A program made the translations under genes and the position numbers. From contig JANZKC010000002.1 in NCBI GenBank assembly GCA_025061115.1, positions 320,001 to 384,000 on the forward strand: DNA of 64,000 nucleotides, read 5' to 3'. This document shows positions 19,187-28,451 of the stretch, piece by piece. Position 1 is the first letter of the stretch, and each line of letters starts with the position of its first letter. A model generated the notes under the pieces. It searched no databases and was not told the origin of the DNA. It worked only from the letters and a program-made list of their open reading frames with translations. This DNA comes from Candidatus Culexmicrobium cathedralense (GTDB taxonomy: Archaea; Thermoproteota; Methanomethylicia; Culexarchaeales; Culexmicrobiaceae).

Positions 19187-19470
19187 CACCCAATCTAAAG
19201 CCCAGGCTTACCCCTAGAAAATCTAAATTCACCGGGGATAACCTCGACTCACGCACCAACCCTCCATAAGGAAGCCGTCAACCTCTGCAACGCTTGAAAT
19301 AAGCTTATGCAATGCTTAAAATTATATAATAGGATAAGTTACTCAACGTAATTTCCATAATTTCTCTTTTTAAAATTTATGTCAAGCATCTTTTTTGAAA
19401 AAAATTCACTTAAAAATATAAACTACAAAAACGTTAATTTAAAATGATGATGAAGAAATTCCAAAAATAG

Positions 19471-20616
19471 GTGGTTAGAGTGGAATGGAGAGAATGCCCA
19501 TCATATAGGAAGTATGTCAAGGCAATAGACGAAAACTGCGCCAAGATAATCAGTGCACTAAATAAAATCAAGTCCAGAAATCTATCTCTCATAGCTAGAG
19601 AGACAGGCATGCCTCCAGCCTTAGTTCACTACTACTACGATAAGCTTGCAAGAAGAGGAATAATCAAGTTAAAGGCGATTTTCAACTTCAATAAGCTTGG
19701 ACTAACACCAGTATTGCTAATGGCAAAAGTACCTCACAACCTAGCTGACAAAGCATGTGAAAAGCTAAAGGTAAACGACTATTGGAGAACATTAATAAAA
19801 AGCTATACGTCGGAAGACGTCTACTGCTACGGCATGTACACAATACCGCAGGGAATGGAAAGGAAATTTGAAGAATTCGCAGAGCAGCTCAAGCGTTACA
19901 AGCTAATCGAAAGCGTTAAACTATACTGGAATCCTGAAAGAATTTGCCCTAACTCCAACTTCCAATGGTTTAACTCTAAAGCAAAGAAATGGGAATTCCA
20001 TTGGAAGGCATGGATCGAGGAAGTATCAAAACTTCTTGAAGAGAAGAGAAAGTACCAAGTTGAAAGAGAGGAGGAAAAGGAAGTTCTAGTACCCCTTGAC
20101 GACACAGACATATTCATAATTAGAAAGTTAGAGGAAGACGCGGAAATAACATTTAAAGAGCTAGCTGCAATTCTTGAAGTCACACCTCCAACAATAAGGT
20201 ACCACTACTATAAGCACATCGTAAATTACGGCGTGCTCATTGGCTACGAGCCAGAGCTATATCCATATCCAAAGCAGTTTTCAAGGCGCGTAATTGTTAA
20301 CTTGAAATTCTCAAATACCAAGACATTGTGGGTGTTTCTAAAGTCACTTGAAAATAAGCCATTCACCCAGCAGCTATTCCTCCATAGAAAAGACTTAACG
20401 GCAATAATGAAAGCATACTTAATGCTAGATCAAGTCATAGGGTTTGCAAAGGCCCTATCGGAACTTACAGGCATGGGCGTTATTGCCAAATACACGTATT
20501 CAATCGTCGATCCGAGCGAATACTGGACCAACCTACTTCCAGTGCAATTATACGTTAAGGGAAAGTGGAAATATCAGCATGAGGAGTATATGAGTAAAGT
20601 AGCTAAAGTCGAATAA
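19471..20616 (+). CDS. Lrp/AsnC-like transcription regulator with two wHTH modules
   Basis: N-terminal RNLSLIARETGMP..LV.Y and internal LDDTDIFII..LE.DA...FKELA..L.VTPPTIRYHY HTH-like segments. Confidence 0.8.
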   Translation: MVRVEWRECPSYRKYVKAIDENCAKIISALNKIKSRNLSLIARETGMPPALVHYYYDKLARRGIIKLKAIFNFNKLGLTPVLLMAKVPHNLADKACEKLKVNDYWRTLIKSYTSEDVYCYGMYTIPQGMERKFEEFAEQLKRYKLIESVKLYWNPERICPNSNFQWFNSKAKKWEFHWKAWIEEVSKLLEEKRKYQVEREEEKEVLVPLDDTDIFIIRKLEEDAEITFKELAAILEVTPPTIRYHYYKHIVNYGVLIGYEPELYPYPKQFSRRVIVNLKFSNTKTLWVFLKSLENKPFTQQLFLHRKDLTAIMKAYLMLDQVIGFAKALSELTGMGVIAKYTYSIVDPSEYWTNLLPVQLYVKGKWKYQHEEYMSKVAKVE

Positions 20617-20617
20617 T

Positions 20618-21265
20618 ATGAACAATAAAGCACATACTTTTTTTAAGATAAAAATCTATGAATGGTGGAAAAGCAATAAGAGAGAATTTCCATGGAGAAA
20701 ACGTCAAAGCGCTTGGAAAATCTTGATCACATCAATTCTACTTAGAAAGACAAATGCAGAGAAGGTAGCTAAGTACTACGATGAAATTCTTGGCAAATTA
20801 GGGACTCCAATCAACACCTATAACTTAAAATTAAGCGAAATAGAAGAGCTGCTGAAACCTCTTGGGCTGCATAGAAGCAGGGCAAAGCAATTGAAGAAGG
20901 CAGCTGAAATTATCCTCAAAAAGTACGGCGGAAAAATGCCGACAAGCTTCAATGAACTACTAAAAATCCCCGGAGTAGGGAAGTACGCTGCATCTGCAAT
21001 TCTAAGCATTGCATATGGCAAAAACATTCCAGTAGTGGACATTAATGTCGAGCGCGTAATTTCAAGATTTTTCGGCGTACAAAAACCGACGTATGAAGAA
21101 GCATCAAAGATAATTATGGAAATAGCTGGTGAAGATGAAGCTCCAAAGCTTAGCCTAGCCATAATCGACTTTGCGGCTAAAGTATGCAGAGCCCGAAATC
21201 CAACCTGCAGAAGCTGTCCATTAAATTCAAAATGCAAATTCAATCCGCAAAACCAAAAATTTTAA
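20618..21265 (+). CDS. HhH-GPD DNA glycosylase with 4Fe-4S cluster (Mig/MutY-like)
   Basis: KREFPWR, ILLRKT (Mig-like LLRxT), HhH LLKIPGVGKYAA, VVDINV.RV, Cx6Cx2Cx5C. Confidence 0.88.
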   Translation: MNNKAHTFFKIKIYEWWKSNKREFPWRKRQSAWKILITSILLRKTNAEKVAKYYDEILGKLGTPINTYNLKLSEIEELLKPLGLHRSRAKQLKKAAEIILKKYGGKMPTSFNELLKIPGVGKYAASAILSIAYGKNIPVVDINVERVISRFFGVQKPTYEEASKIIMEIAGEDEAPKLSLAIIDFAAKVCRARNPTCRSCPLNSKCKFNPQNQKF

Positions 21266-21305
21266 GGGTTGAAAAATTTCACTCTCGGTAGAGGAGGCAC
21301 AAGTA

Positions 21306-21476
21306 ATGAGCATTAGAAAAGCTCTTGAAGAGGAAGAAGAAGAGTGGTGGGAAGAGCTGGAGGAGGAAGAAGAGGAGGAAGAGGAAGAATGGCTTGAAGA
21401 AGACTGGGAAGAGTACGAGGAGTGGCCTGAAGAGGAGTGGGAGGAAGACTGGGAAGAAGAGGAAGAGGAGTGGTAA
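21306..21476 (+). CDS. Glu/Trp-rich 56-aa microprotein (absent from ORF track)
   Basis: GAGGAGG SD at 21291-21297, ATG, double stop TAA TAG; MSIRKALEEEEEEWWEELEEEEEEEEEEWLEEDWEEYEEWPEEEWEEDWEEEEEEW; GAA and GAG codons are mixed. Confidence 0.75.
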   Translation: MSIRKALEEEEEEWWEELEEEEEEEEEEWLEEDWEEYEEWPEEEWEEDWEEEEEEW

Positions 21477-21622
21477 TAGGCAGTAAGTAGAGCCCAATGC
21501 CTAAATGCCTACTAATAACTAAGCTATTTATCTAAATAAATTTTTAAATAAATAGTAATTGCTTAATTGCTGAAACACTTAGCTAAAGCATCACTTCTGC
21601 CAACATAAATTAAGTAAGTTAG

Positions 21623-23836
21623 CTATCTAGGCAGAAAGTCCTCTGGACGCGGAATTTCTGGAGGCAATCCCTTTCTCCGCCTAATTTGGCGAATTATTTC
21701 CATGGCTAATTGCGCTGGCACTGGAGCCCATCTTGAAAACTCAGTGCTCCAGAAGCATCTTCCCTGAGTCGCACTTCTAATTTGATCCGCCAGGTCAAAG
21801 GTCTCGGAAACCGGTATTTCCCCTTTAACAAGCATTAGCATTCCATGTTGCTCAATTTGATGTACCCTGCCCCTCTTAGAAGATAACACTCGGAGAAATC
21901 CGCTGAGAAATTCTTGAGGCACCTTAGCTTCTATCTTCAGCAATGGCTCCAACAATATTGGGTTAGCCATTAAGAAGGCAGCGAAAATTGCATCCTTCGT
22001 AGCAGGCATTATCTGAGCGGGACCTCTATGAGCAGGATCCTCGTGAACCATAGCATCAACAAGCTTGACCTTAACTCCCCTTATAGGCTCTTGGCAAAGT
22101 GGCCCTGCCTCCATAGCCCACCTAAATCCAGCAATTATGGTGTCCTTAATATCCCTCAAGTACTGAACACCTTTAGTCACATCTATGAGGATATTTAAGT
22201 GCTGATCAATAGCCCAAATGCCTCGAGCCTCCTCAGCACTCCATCCAGCCTCAGATCTGAGAAGCTTAGCTCTTGTTCGCCAATCTTGATCTTCATAAAC
22301 TCGCCCATCTGAAAGAAGCTTCAAAGTCTTTTCATCAAGAGGTTCAATTGAAATGTAAATGCGATTATGCTTGTTCGGCGATTTACCCTCAACAGGTCCA
22401 GCCACGCCCTTAATGCTCTCCCTATAAACGACTATAGGCGGAGAAGTTTCTATTGGTATCCCACCAGTTCTCTGCTGCAAATCCCACAATGCAATTTCAA
22501 GGTGCAGCGTACCCATACCGCTAATTAAGTACTCGCCTGTCTCCTCATTAATTTTAACTTGAAGCGTGGGATCCTCGATTGCCATTTTACGAAGAGTCTC
22601 AACCAGCTTTGGCAGGTCGCTACTTCTTTTAGGCTCAATTGCAATCGTAACTACAGGCTCGCTAATATATTTCAATCTCTCAAATGGAACCATTACATCT
22701 TTAAACTTGACATCTACGATTGTCTCTCCAGCTCTCGCCCTGTCAAGCCCCAGCAAAGCCACTATATTTCCAGCGCTAATTTCATTTGCAATTTCACGGT
22801 AAGGCCCCATATAGAGCCCTACTTGCTGAACTCTACCAGGGCTTCGAGCCATTAATAGGTAAACTTCATCTCCATTATGGACCGTGCCGCTGAAGACTCT
22901 ACCTGTAGCAACTAATCCAGCATGAGGATCAATCACTATCTTGCTAATACAAACTACTAGAGGCCCATTAGGATCGCACTCAAGCATGGCTTTTCCAATC
23001 TCACTATCAAGATCACCAGGCCAAAGCTTCGGTATCCTATATCTTTGAGCCTCACGCGGATTCGGAATATGCTCAACTACCATGTTTAGTATAGCCTCAT
23101 AAAGTGGAAACTCTTTTGCCAGCTCCTCGACTCCTTCAGGCCCACGACTATAAGCGTCAACTATATCGCTAAACTTCAAGCCTTCACGCTGAACAATAGG
23201 TATAGTTACGCCCCACTTATGCAGTGCTGAACCAAAAGCCACTTGACCCTTAGCAGGATTTATCTTCCACTTATTCTTAAACTCAGGCTCGGCATACATG
23301 TCTATTAGTGCATTAAAGTCTCTGATGATCTCCATAAGCCTCTGCTGAACCTCAGCTGGAGATAGGCGAAGCTCCTTAATCAACCTATCAATCTTATTTA
23401 TATACAGTAGAGGGCGAACTCGCTCCTCAAGACCCTGCCTAACCACAGTTTCAGTCTGCGTCATCACTCCTTCAACAGCATCCACAACAACTATCGCTCC
23501 ATCCATGACTCTTAATGAGCGAGTAACATGGCCAGTAAAGTCAACGTGGCCAGGAGTATCTACAAGGTTTATCACGTAAGGCTTACCATTCCACTCGTGG
23601 TAGAGCGAAACGTTAGCCGCTTTAACAGTCATCTGCCTCATCTGCTCGATAGGAACGTAGTCAAGGGCAAGCGCTTTTCCAGCAACCTTAGGTGAAATCA
23701 TCCCTGCAGCCATCAGTAGGGAATCAGACAAAGTTGTCTTGCCGTGATCTACGTGAGCAAGAGTACCTATATTACGTACTTGCTCAATATTACTCATCAA
23801 CTTCAGCACGTGCTCAGTAGTCTTGAACTTAACCAT
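21623..23836 (-). CDS. fusA: Translation elongation factor aEF-2
   Basis: AHVDHGKTT, DTPGHVDF, NKID, GMGTLHLEI, EGKSPNKHN, diphthamide loop HRGPAQI. Confidence 0.98.
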   Translation of the reverse strand: MVKFKTTEHVLKLMSNIEQVRNIGTLAHVDHGKTTLSDSLLMAAGMISPKVAGKALALDYVPIEQMRQMTVKAANVSLYHEWNGKPYVINLVDTPGHVDFTGHVTRSLRVMDGAIVVVDAVEGVMTQTETVVRQGLEERVRPLLYINKIDRLIKELRLSPAEVQQRLMEIIRDFNALIDMYAEPEFKNKWKINPAKGQVAFGSALHKWGVTIPIVQREGLKFSDIVDAYSRGPEGVEELAKEFPLYEAILNMVVEHIPNPREAQRYRIPKLWPGDLDSEIGKAMLECDPNGPLVVCISKIVIDPHAGLVATGRVFSGTVHNGDEVYLLMARSPGRVQQVGLYMGPYREIANEISAGNIVALLGLDRARAGETIVDVKFKDVMVPFERLKYISEPVVTIAIEPKRSSDLPKLVETLRKMAIEDPTLQVKINEETGEYLISGMGTLHLEIALWDLQQRTGGIPIETSPPIVVYRESIKGVAGPVEGKSPNKHNRIYISIEPLDEKTLKLLSDGRVYEDQDWRTRAKLLRSEAGWSAEEARGIWAIDQHLNILIDVTKGVQYLRDIKDTIIAGFRWAMEAGPLCQEPIRGVKVKLVDAMVHEDPAHRGPAQIMPATKDAIFAAFLMANPILLEPLLKIEAKVPQEFLSGFLRVLSSKRGRVHQIEQHGMLMLVKGEIPVSETFDLADQIRSATQGRCFWSTEFSRWAPVPAQLAMEIIRQIRRRKGLPPEIPRPEDFLPR

Positions 23837-24042
23837 CCTTGTACACCTCTACTCCAAAATTAAGGCTGGATTGATAATATGAAGAGTATTTCTTAAACTT
23901 TGCGAATACAAAGGCCATTGGAGCCGCTCAGAAGCTAAGCTCCATAACCCATAAACTCAAAGCGCAGCATCCTACTAAGCTTAACCACACCAAAGTCGCA
24001 ATGCTTATTGAACTCCGAAACCCTAATTTCAAGGGGATTGAC

Positions 24043-24591
24043 GTGGCTAAGCTCACATATCCTCCTGAAAGTTACGTCAAATTCAGCCCTCCAAGCCCAG
24101 TTGTTCTCGTAACTTGCATATCCAAGGAAGGAAAGCCAAACATCATAACAATAGGAATGTACATGCCAATATCATTTAGACCTCCTCTCCTAATAATTGG
24201 AGTATCACCAAAACGCTACTCACACAAGCTGATAAGAGAAACAGGAGAATTTGCCATAAACGTCCCGCCAAAAAACCTAGTAAAGCAAGCCATTTACTGC
24301 GGCACTCACTCCGGATTAAAGGTAGACAAGTTTAAAGAAACAGGCTTAACGCCGATACCAGCTAGAGTAGTTAAGCCACCCCTCATAAAGGAGTGCTTAG
24401 CACACTTCGAATGCAAGTTATATGCAGCCCATGAAGCCGGAGACCACACAATATTCGTAGGAGAAGTAGTTTCAGTTACATTAGAAGAGAATTTAGAGAG
24501 GGAAGGACTTCTAAACGTCTTGAAAGCAGAACCAATTTCACATAGAGGAAAGTACTACTACATTCCAAAACTCCACTACAAGGCAGAATAG
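24043..24591 (+). CDS. Flavin reductase (DIM6/NTAB, flavoredoxin-like) family protein
   Basis: PVVLVT...GKPN, ISF.PP, R.SH..I..TGEF, CG..SG..VDKF, GDHTIFVGEV; GTG start after AAGGGGA. Confidence 0.9.
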   Translation: MAKLTYPPESYVKFSPPSPVVLVTCISKEGKPNIITIGMYMPISFRPPLLIIGVSPKRYSHKLIRETGEFAINVPPKNLVKQAIYCGTHSGLKVDKFKETGLTPIPARVVKPPLIKECLAHFECKLYAAHEAGDHTIFVGEVVSVTLEENLEREGLLNVLKAEPISHRGKYYYIPKLHYKAE

Positions 24592-24643
24592 CAAAATCCA
24601 AATAGGATTAAAGCTTCCCTGCAAATCCACATAAAAATAAGGT

Positions 24644-25018
24644 TTACTGGCTTAAAGAACTTCGAGTAAACAGTTCAATACTACTTTTCTCCAGAAGCGA
24701 CTTTATCGTCTTAGCTAAAAGTTCTGCTTGAACTCGAGATAATCCAGGCATTCTAGTATCTTTAACGCCAAATGGCGTTCTCTCCCTAAGAATTAAATCA
24801 CCCTCATTAGTTAGCCTAACATCCAAAATTTCGTCCAAGAAGAAGTCCCTAGGAAAAGCCATTGCAAGAATCCACCTCAAAGTCTTATAAAATCTACTCC
24901 CCTCAAAAAGCTGCTCCAAAAAAGCTCTCGCGCCACGCTTCAAGTCTACTTCCAACTTTTCATCAGTCAAAATTATAGTAAAATCCTTAGTCTCAAAAAT
25001 CATCTTCAACAAAACCAC
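24644..25018 (-). CDS. Hypothetical protein
   Basis: 124-aa ORF filling the gap, plausible composition; no recognised motif. Confidence 0.6.
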   Translation of the reverse strand: MVLLKMIFETKDFTIILTDEKLEVDLKRGARAFLEQLFEGSRFYKTLRWILAMAFPRDFFLDEILDVRLTNEGDLILRERTPFGVKDTRMPGLSRVQAELLAKTIKSLLEKSSIELFTRSSLSQ

Positions 25019-25151
25019 CTAATAATAATATTTAAGTGAACTTTAAATAAAATGCGCGCTTAAGCTTTAATACAAGCTTAAACACACTTAAATGCAGATA
25101 GCATTCGCAACAGCTAAATCTAGCCTTGGACTGAAAGATGCGGGGGAGAGC

Positions 25152-25253
25152 ATGTCGAAACCTGAAGAAAAGTGGCTGGACATCGAAATTGAAGAGGAAG
25201 AATGGACAGAAGACGAAGAATGGGAAGAAGCAGAAGAAGAGGCAGAAGAGTAA
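25152..25253 (+). CDS. Glu/Trp-rich 33-aa microprotein (absent from ORF track)
   Basis: GGGGGAG SD-like sequence, ATG; MSKPEEKWLDIEIEEEEWTEDEEWEEAEEEAEE then TAA. Confidence 0.65.
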   Translation: MSKPEEKWLDIEIEEEEWTEDEEWEEAEEEAEE

Positions 25254-25342
25254 ATGCAGTTAAACGCCCAAAAACAACTAAAAACAAAGCAAAGCAGCAG
25301 TTAATTAGCTAGTAAATCATATTCAAATGAATAGTGACCTAA

Positions 25343-26623
25343 ATGTACGACGCAATCGTAGTTGGAGCCGGAATCATAGGGCTCTCAACAGCATACCACA
25401 TAAAAAAGAAGAACCCAAATCAAAAAGTTCTTGTAATTGAAAAGGAAAGCGCACCTGGTTTTGGCGCCACAGGCAAGTGCGCTGGCTGCTTTCAAGGATT
25501 CTTCACATCAAGCACAAGCACAAAGCTAGCCGGATCTTCAATAAGATTTTATTGGACGCTTCAAAGCCGCTTTGGCTATAACTTAAAAATGCGCTGGCTA
25601 GGATTCCTCTGGCTACTAAATGAAGAGCAGTTCAAACAAGTTAAAGGAGCTTTAAGCAACATGCGAGGAGCTGAGGGAGAATACGAGCTCATAGACGCAA
25701 ATAAATTGGCTAAGCAGCTAAAAGTAAGAATCAAAGTTTCAACCGCGCAAGACGCTGCAATCATAGGCTTGCAGGACATCTATGTTGGACTTCTCGCCAA
25801 ATACGCAGGCACACTAGATGTAGATGCTCTCTTAAAGTTCTATGAAAGGGAATTCATCAAGCTTGGAGGAGAAGTCAAGTACGATTGCAAAGTCGACAGC
25901 ATAGTCATTGAGCCGCGCAATCCCCTGAACATAAATGGCGAACCACTATATTGGCAGGAAAAGGAAGTTACAGGCGTAAAAGTGGGCGCAAAAACTTTAC
26001 GCGCCAAAAAGACCATAATCGCTGCAGGCGGCTGGATGCAGCAGCTACTAGATGAAATAGGCGTTGATGCGCTCATCAGGCCGCTGAAAAAGAGCATATT
26101 CGTAATTAAAGCTAACAATGAGGAGCTGAAGAAAGTTCTCCACGCAAAAGGATTTAATAATGAAGGCTACATGCCATTCACAATAATTCCCCACCCGGAA
26201 GTTTACATTAAACCTGAAGTAGATGAAGAGTCGTTCTGGATAGGCCACGGACTAACATTTGGAATGCCATTCAAAATTGAGGAAGAGTATTTACCCGACA
26301 TGAAGCTTTATGAAAGAGGCATCTATCCAATACTGACAAGCTATTTCCCCCAATTCAAAGACGCTAGACCCATTAATGCGTGGTCATCAATATATGAAGT
26401 CACTACAGTGGATAGGCAGCCAATAATATTCGAAGAAAACAACCTAATTGCCGTAGGAGGAGGAAGCGGCTACGGCTTAATGAAGGCAGATGCGATAGGG
26501 AGGATAGCTGCAGCAGTATACTACGAAGAAGAATGGGCTCAACTCTTCGGAAATGTAAAGTTCAAGTGCGCAGACTTAAGCATCAAATGCAGAAAAGTGG
26601 AGCCTGAGCTCTTCACACTATAA
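25343..26623 (+). CDS. FAD-dependent oxidoreductase (DAO / sarcosine oxidase beta-like)
   Basis: VVGAGIIGLSTAYH Rossmann motif, GATGK, IIAAGGW, D.QPII, GSGYGLM. Confidence 0.88.
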   Translation: MYDAIVVGAGIIGLSTAYHIKKKNPNQKVLVIEKESAPGFGATGKCAGCFQGFFTSSTSTKLAGSSIRFYWTLQSRFGYNLKMRWLGFLWLLNEEQFKQVKGALSNMRGAEGEYELIDANKLAKQLKVRIKVSTAQDAAIIGLQDIYVGLLAKYAGTLDVDALLKFYEREFIKLGGEVKYDCKVDSIVIEPRNPLNINGEPLYWQEKEVTGVKVGAKTLRAKKTIIAAGGWMQQLLDEIGVDALIRPLKKSIFVIKANNEELKKVLHAKGFNNEGYMPFTIIPHPEVYIKPEVDEESFWIGHGLTFGMPFKIEEEYLPDMKLYERGIYPILTSYFPQFKDARPINAWSSIYEVTTVDRQPIIFEENNLIAVGGGSGYGLMKADAIGRIAAAVYYEEEWAQLFGNVKFKCADLSIKCRKVEPELFTL

Positions 26624-26754
26624 TTGCCATTCAACCAGGTAAAGACAGTGGACTTCAACAAATAAACGAATTGGAACCGAAAAGAACGCTAAAAACTTAA
26701 CTATCAAAGCAAAGTCATAATTAGATTGGAGATCTACTTTTAGTGGTGCCCTAA

Positions 26755-27843
26755 ATGCTCACCCTAAAGAACTTGGAAAGCTACTTAAGTGAAGTTTACT
26801 GTGGAAAAGTAAAAATAATTGGAATAGGCGAGCTAGGCGAAAAAATTGAAGAAGCTAAGAAGCTGAAGGGCTTCGGCTACGGTAAGCCTTACATAATCAA
26901 ATTTGAAGTCAATGGCGCCGCCAGAGAAGTCGTCTTAAGCACTGTAAAGCCAAGCATATTCGACCACCAACACTTCTCCGATAGAGCCAGAATACTGCTG
27001 TGGCAACACCACGCATTCAACAAGCTGCCTAAGCACGTAAAATCAATAGATGTTGGAGCATTCACAGTTAATGGCAAAATGATATCACTTGGAAAATGCA
27101 TAGAGTTCTTCATTTTAACTGAAAAGGTTGAAGGCACCTTATACCACGTCGACTTGGATAGAATAAAAGCTAGAGGCGAACTATCAAATCTCGACATTGA
27201 AAGATGCAAAGCCTTAGCCAAATACTTAGTTGACATCCACCGGGTAAAGGGCACCGACCCCTCACTCTACCATAGAAGAATTAGAGAACTAATAGGCCAT
27301 GGAGAGTGCATCATGGGGTTAATCGACAGCTATCCAACCAATCTCAGCTACGTTAATCAACAATTCTTTATCGAAGTGGAAAGAAAATGCATAGAGTGGA
27401 GATGGAAGCTGAAAAGAAAAGCTCATAGGCTAAGCCAAGTCCACGGCGACTACCACCCATGGAACATAATGTTCAGAGAAGGAACCAAATTCTCCCTCCT
27501 CGATCGAAGTCGAGGTGAGTGGGGCGAACCTGCAGACGACGTAACCGCACTAACAATAAACTACATATTCTATAGCTTGCAAGCCCACGGAAGACTTGAA
27601 GGAGCGTTCGAAAGGCTCTTCAAAATATTCTGGGAAACATATCTGAACTCAACTGGAGATGATGAAATACTCCAAGTTGTCCAGCCATTCTATGCTTGGA
27701 GAGGGTTAGTTGTAGCTTCACCAATATGGTATCCAACGCTACCATTAGAAGTTAGAGCAAAACTTCTCAACTTCATAAAAAACGTGCTTCAAACCGAAAA
27801 ATTCGACATCAAAGATGTAAATCAATACCTGGAGGAAAATTAA
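26755..27843 (+). CDS. Aminoglycoside-phosphotransferase-fold kinase
   Basis: KGFGYGKP, VHGDYHPWNI Brenner motif, LLDRSRGEWGEPADD. Confidence 0.85.
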   Translation: MLTLKNLESYLSEVYCGKVKIIGIGELGEKIEEAKKLKGFGYGKPYIIKFEVNGAAREVVLSTVKPSIFDHQHFSDRARILLWQHHAFNKLPKHVKSIDVGAFTVNGKMISLGKCIEFFILTEKVEGTLYHVDLDRIKARGELSNLDIERCKALAKYLVDIHRVKGTDPSLYHRRIRELIGHGECIMGLIDSYPTNLSYVNQQFFIEVERKCIEWRWKLKRKAHRLSQVHGDYHPWNIMFREGTKFSLLDRSRGEWGEPADDVTALTINYIFYSLQAHGRLEGAFERLFKIFWETYLNSTGDDEILQVVQPFYAWRGLVVASPIWYPTLPLEVRAKLLNFIKNVLQTEKFDIKDVNQYLEEN

Positions 27844-28398
27844 ATGGCAAAGGGATGGTGCGTCTGGATAACCGGCCTCCCGGGCAGCGGCAAGTCAACT
27901 ATAGCCAGAATTCTCCTAAAAATGCTTCAAGAAAGGGGAATCAAAGCTCAAATAGTCTCATCAGACGCTCTAAGAAAGCTCGCCACGCCCAAGCCCAAAT
28001 ACACTGAAGAAGAAAGAGACATAGTGTATGGAGCACTCGTATACGCAGCCAAGGTACTAACCGAAAACGGAGTCAACGTAATTATCGACGCAACCGGAAA
28101 CAAGAGGAAGTACAGAGAAATGGCGAGAAGGGAAATTGAGAAATTCATGGAAGCCTACCTCAAATGCCCATTAGAAACATGCATTGAAAGGGAATTAAGC
28201 AGAAAAGAAACGCATTACGCACCAAGAGGAATATACATGAAAGCTCTAACTGGAGAAAGCAAGACAGTTCCAGGCCTAGGCGCTCCATATGAAGAGCCAA
28301 AGAGTCCAGAGGTCATCATCAACACTGAAGAAAAACCACCAGAAGAGAGTGCAGGAGAAATTCTGAAACTAATTTTAAGTAAATTTGAGAAAATGTAG
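27844..28398 (+). CDS. Adenylyl-sulfate kinase-like P-loop kinase
   Basis: WITGLPGSGKSTIA, G.NVIIDAT, CPLETC..R, PG....YEEP..PE. Confidence 0.85.
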   Translation: MAKGWCVWITGLPGSGKSTIARILLKMLQERGIKAQIVSSDALRKLATPKPKYTEEERDIVYGALVYAAKVLTENGVNVIIDATGNKRKYREMARREIEKFMEAYLKCPLETCIERELSRKETHYAPRGIYMKALTGESKTVPGLGAPYEEPKSPEVIINTEEKPPEESAGEILKLILSKFEKM

Positions 28399-28451
28399 CT
28401 TAAGCAGTAGAGGTAATAAGTTCAAAAAATAATAAAGTTGTTGGGGGTGCC

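Noticed and set aside
21327-21473. Purine-rich tract as a microsatellite or CRISPR-like repeat
   Set aside because: No constant repeat unit or spacers; variation falls at third codon positions
21279-21497. 72-aa minus-strand Leu/Phe/Pro-rich ORF
   Set aside because: Antisense shadow of the Glu/Trp microprotein, which has the SD and ATG
21623-23836. Stand-alone EF-2 as a divergent aEF-2 paralog
   Set aside because: The diphthamide HRG motif and GTPase motifs are canonical; separation from S12-S7 is common in Thermoproteota
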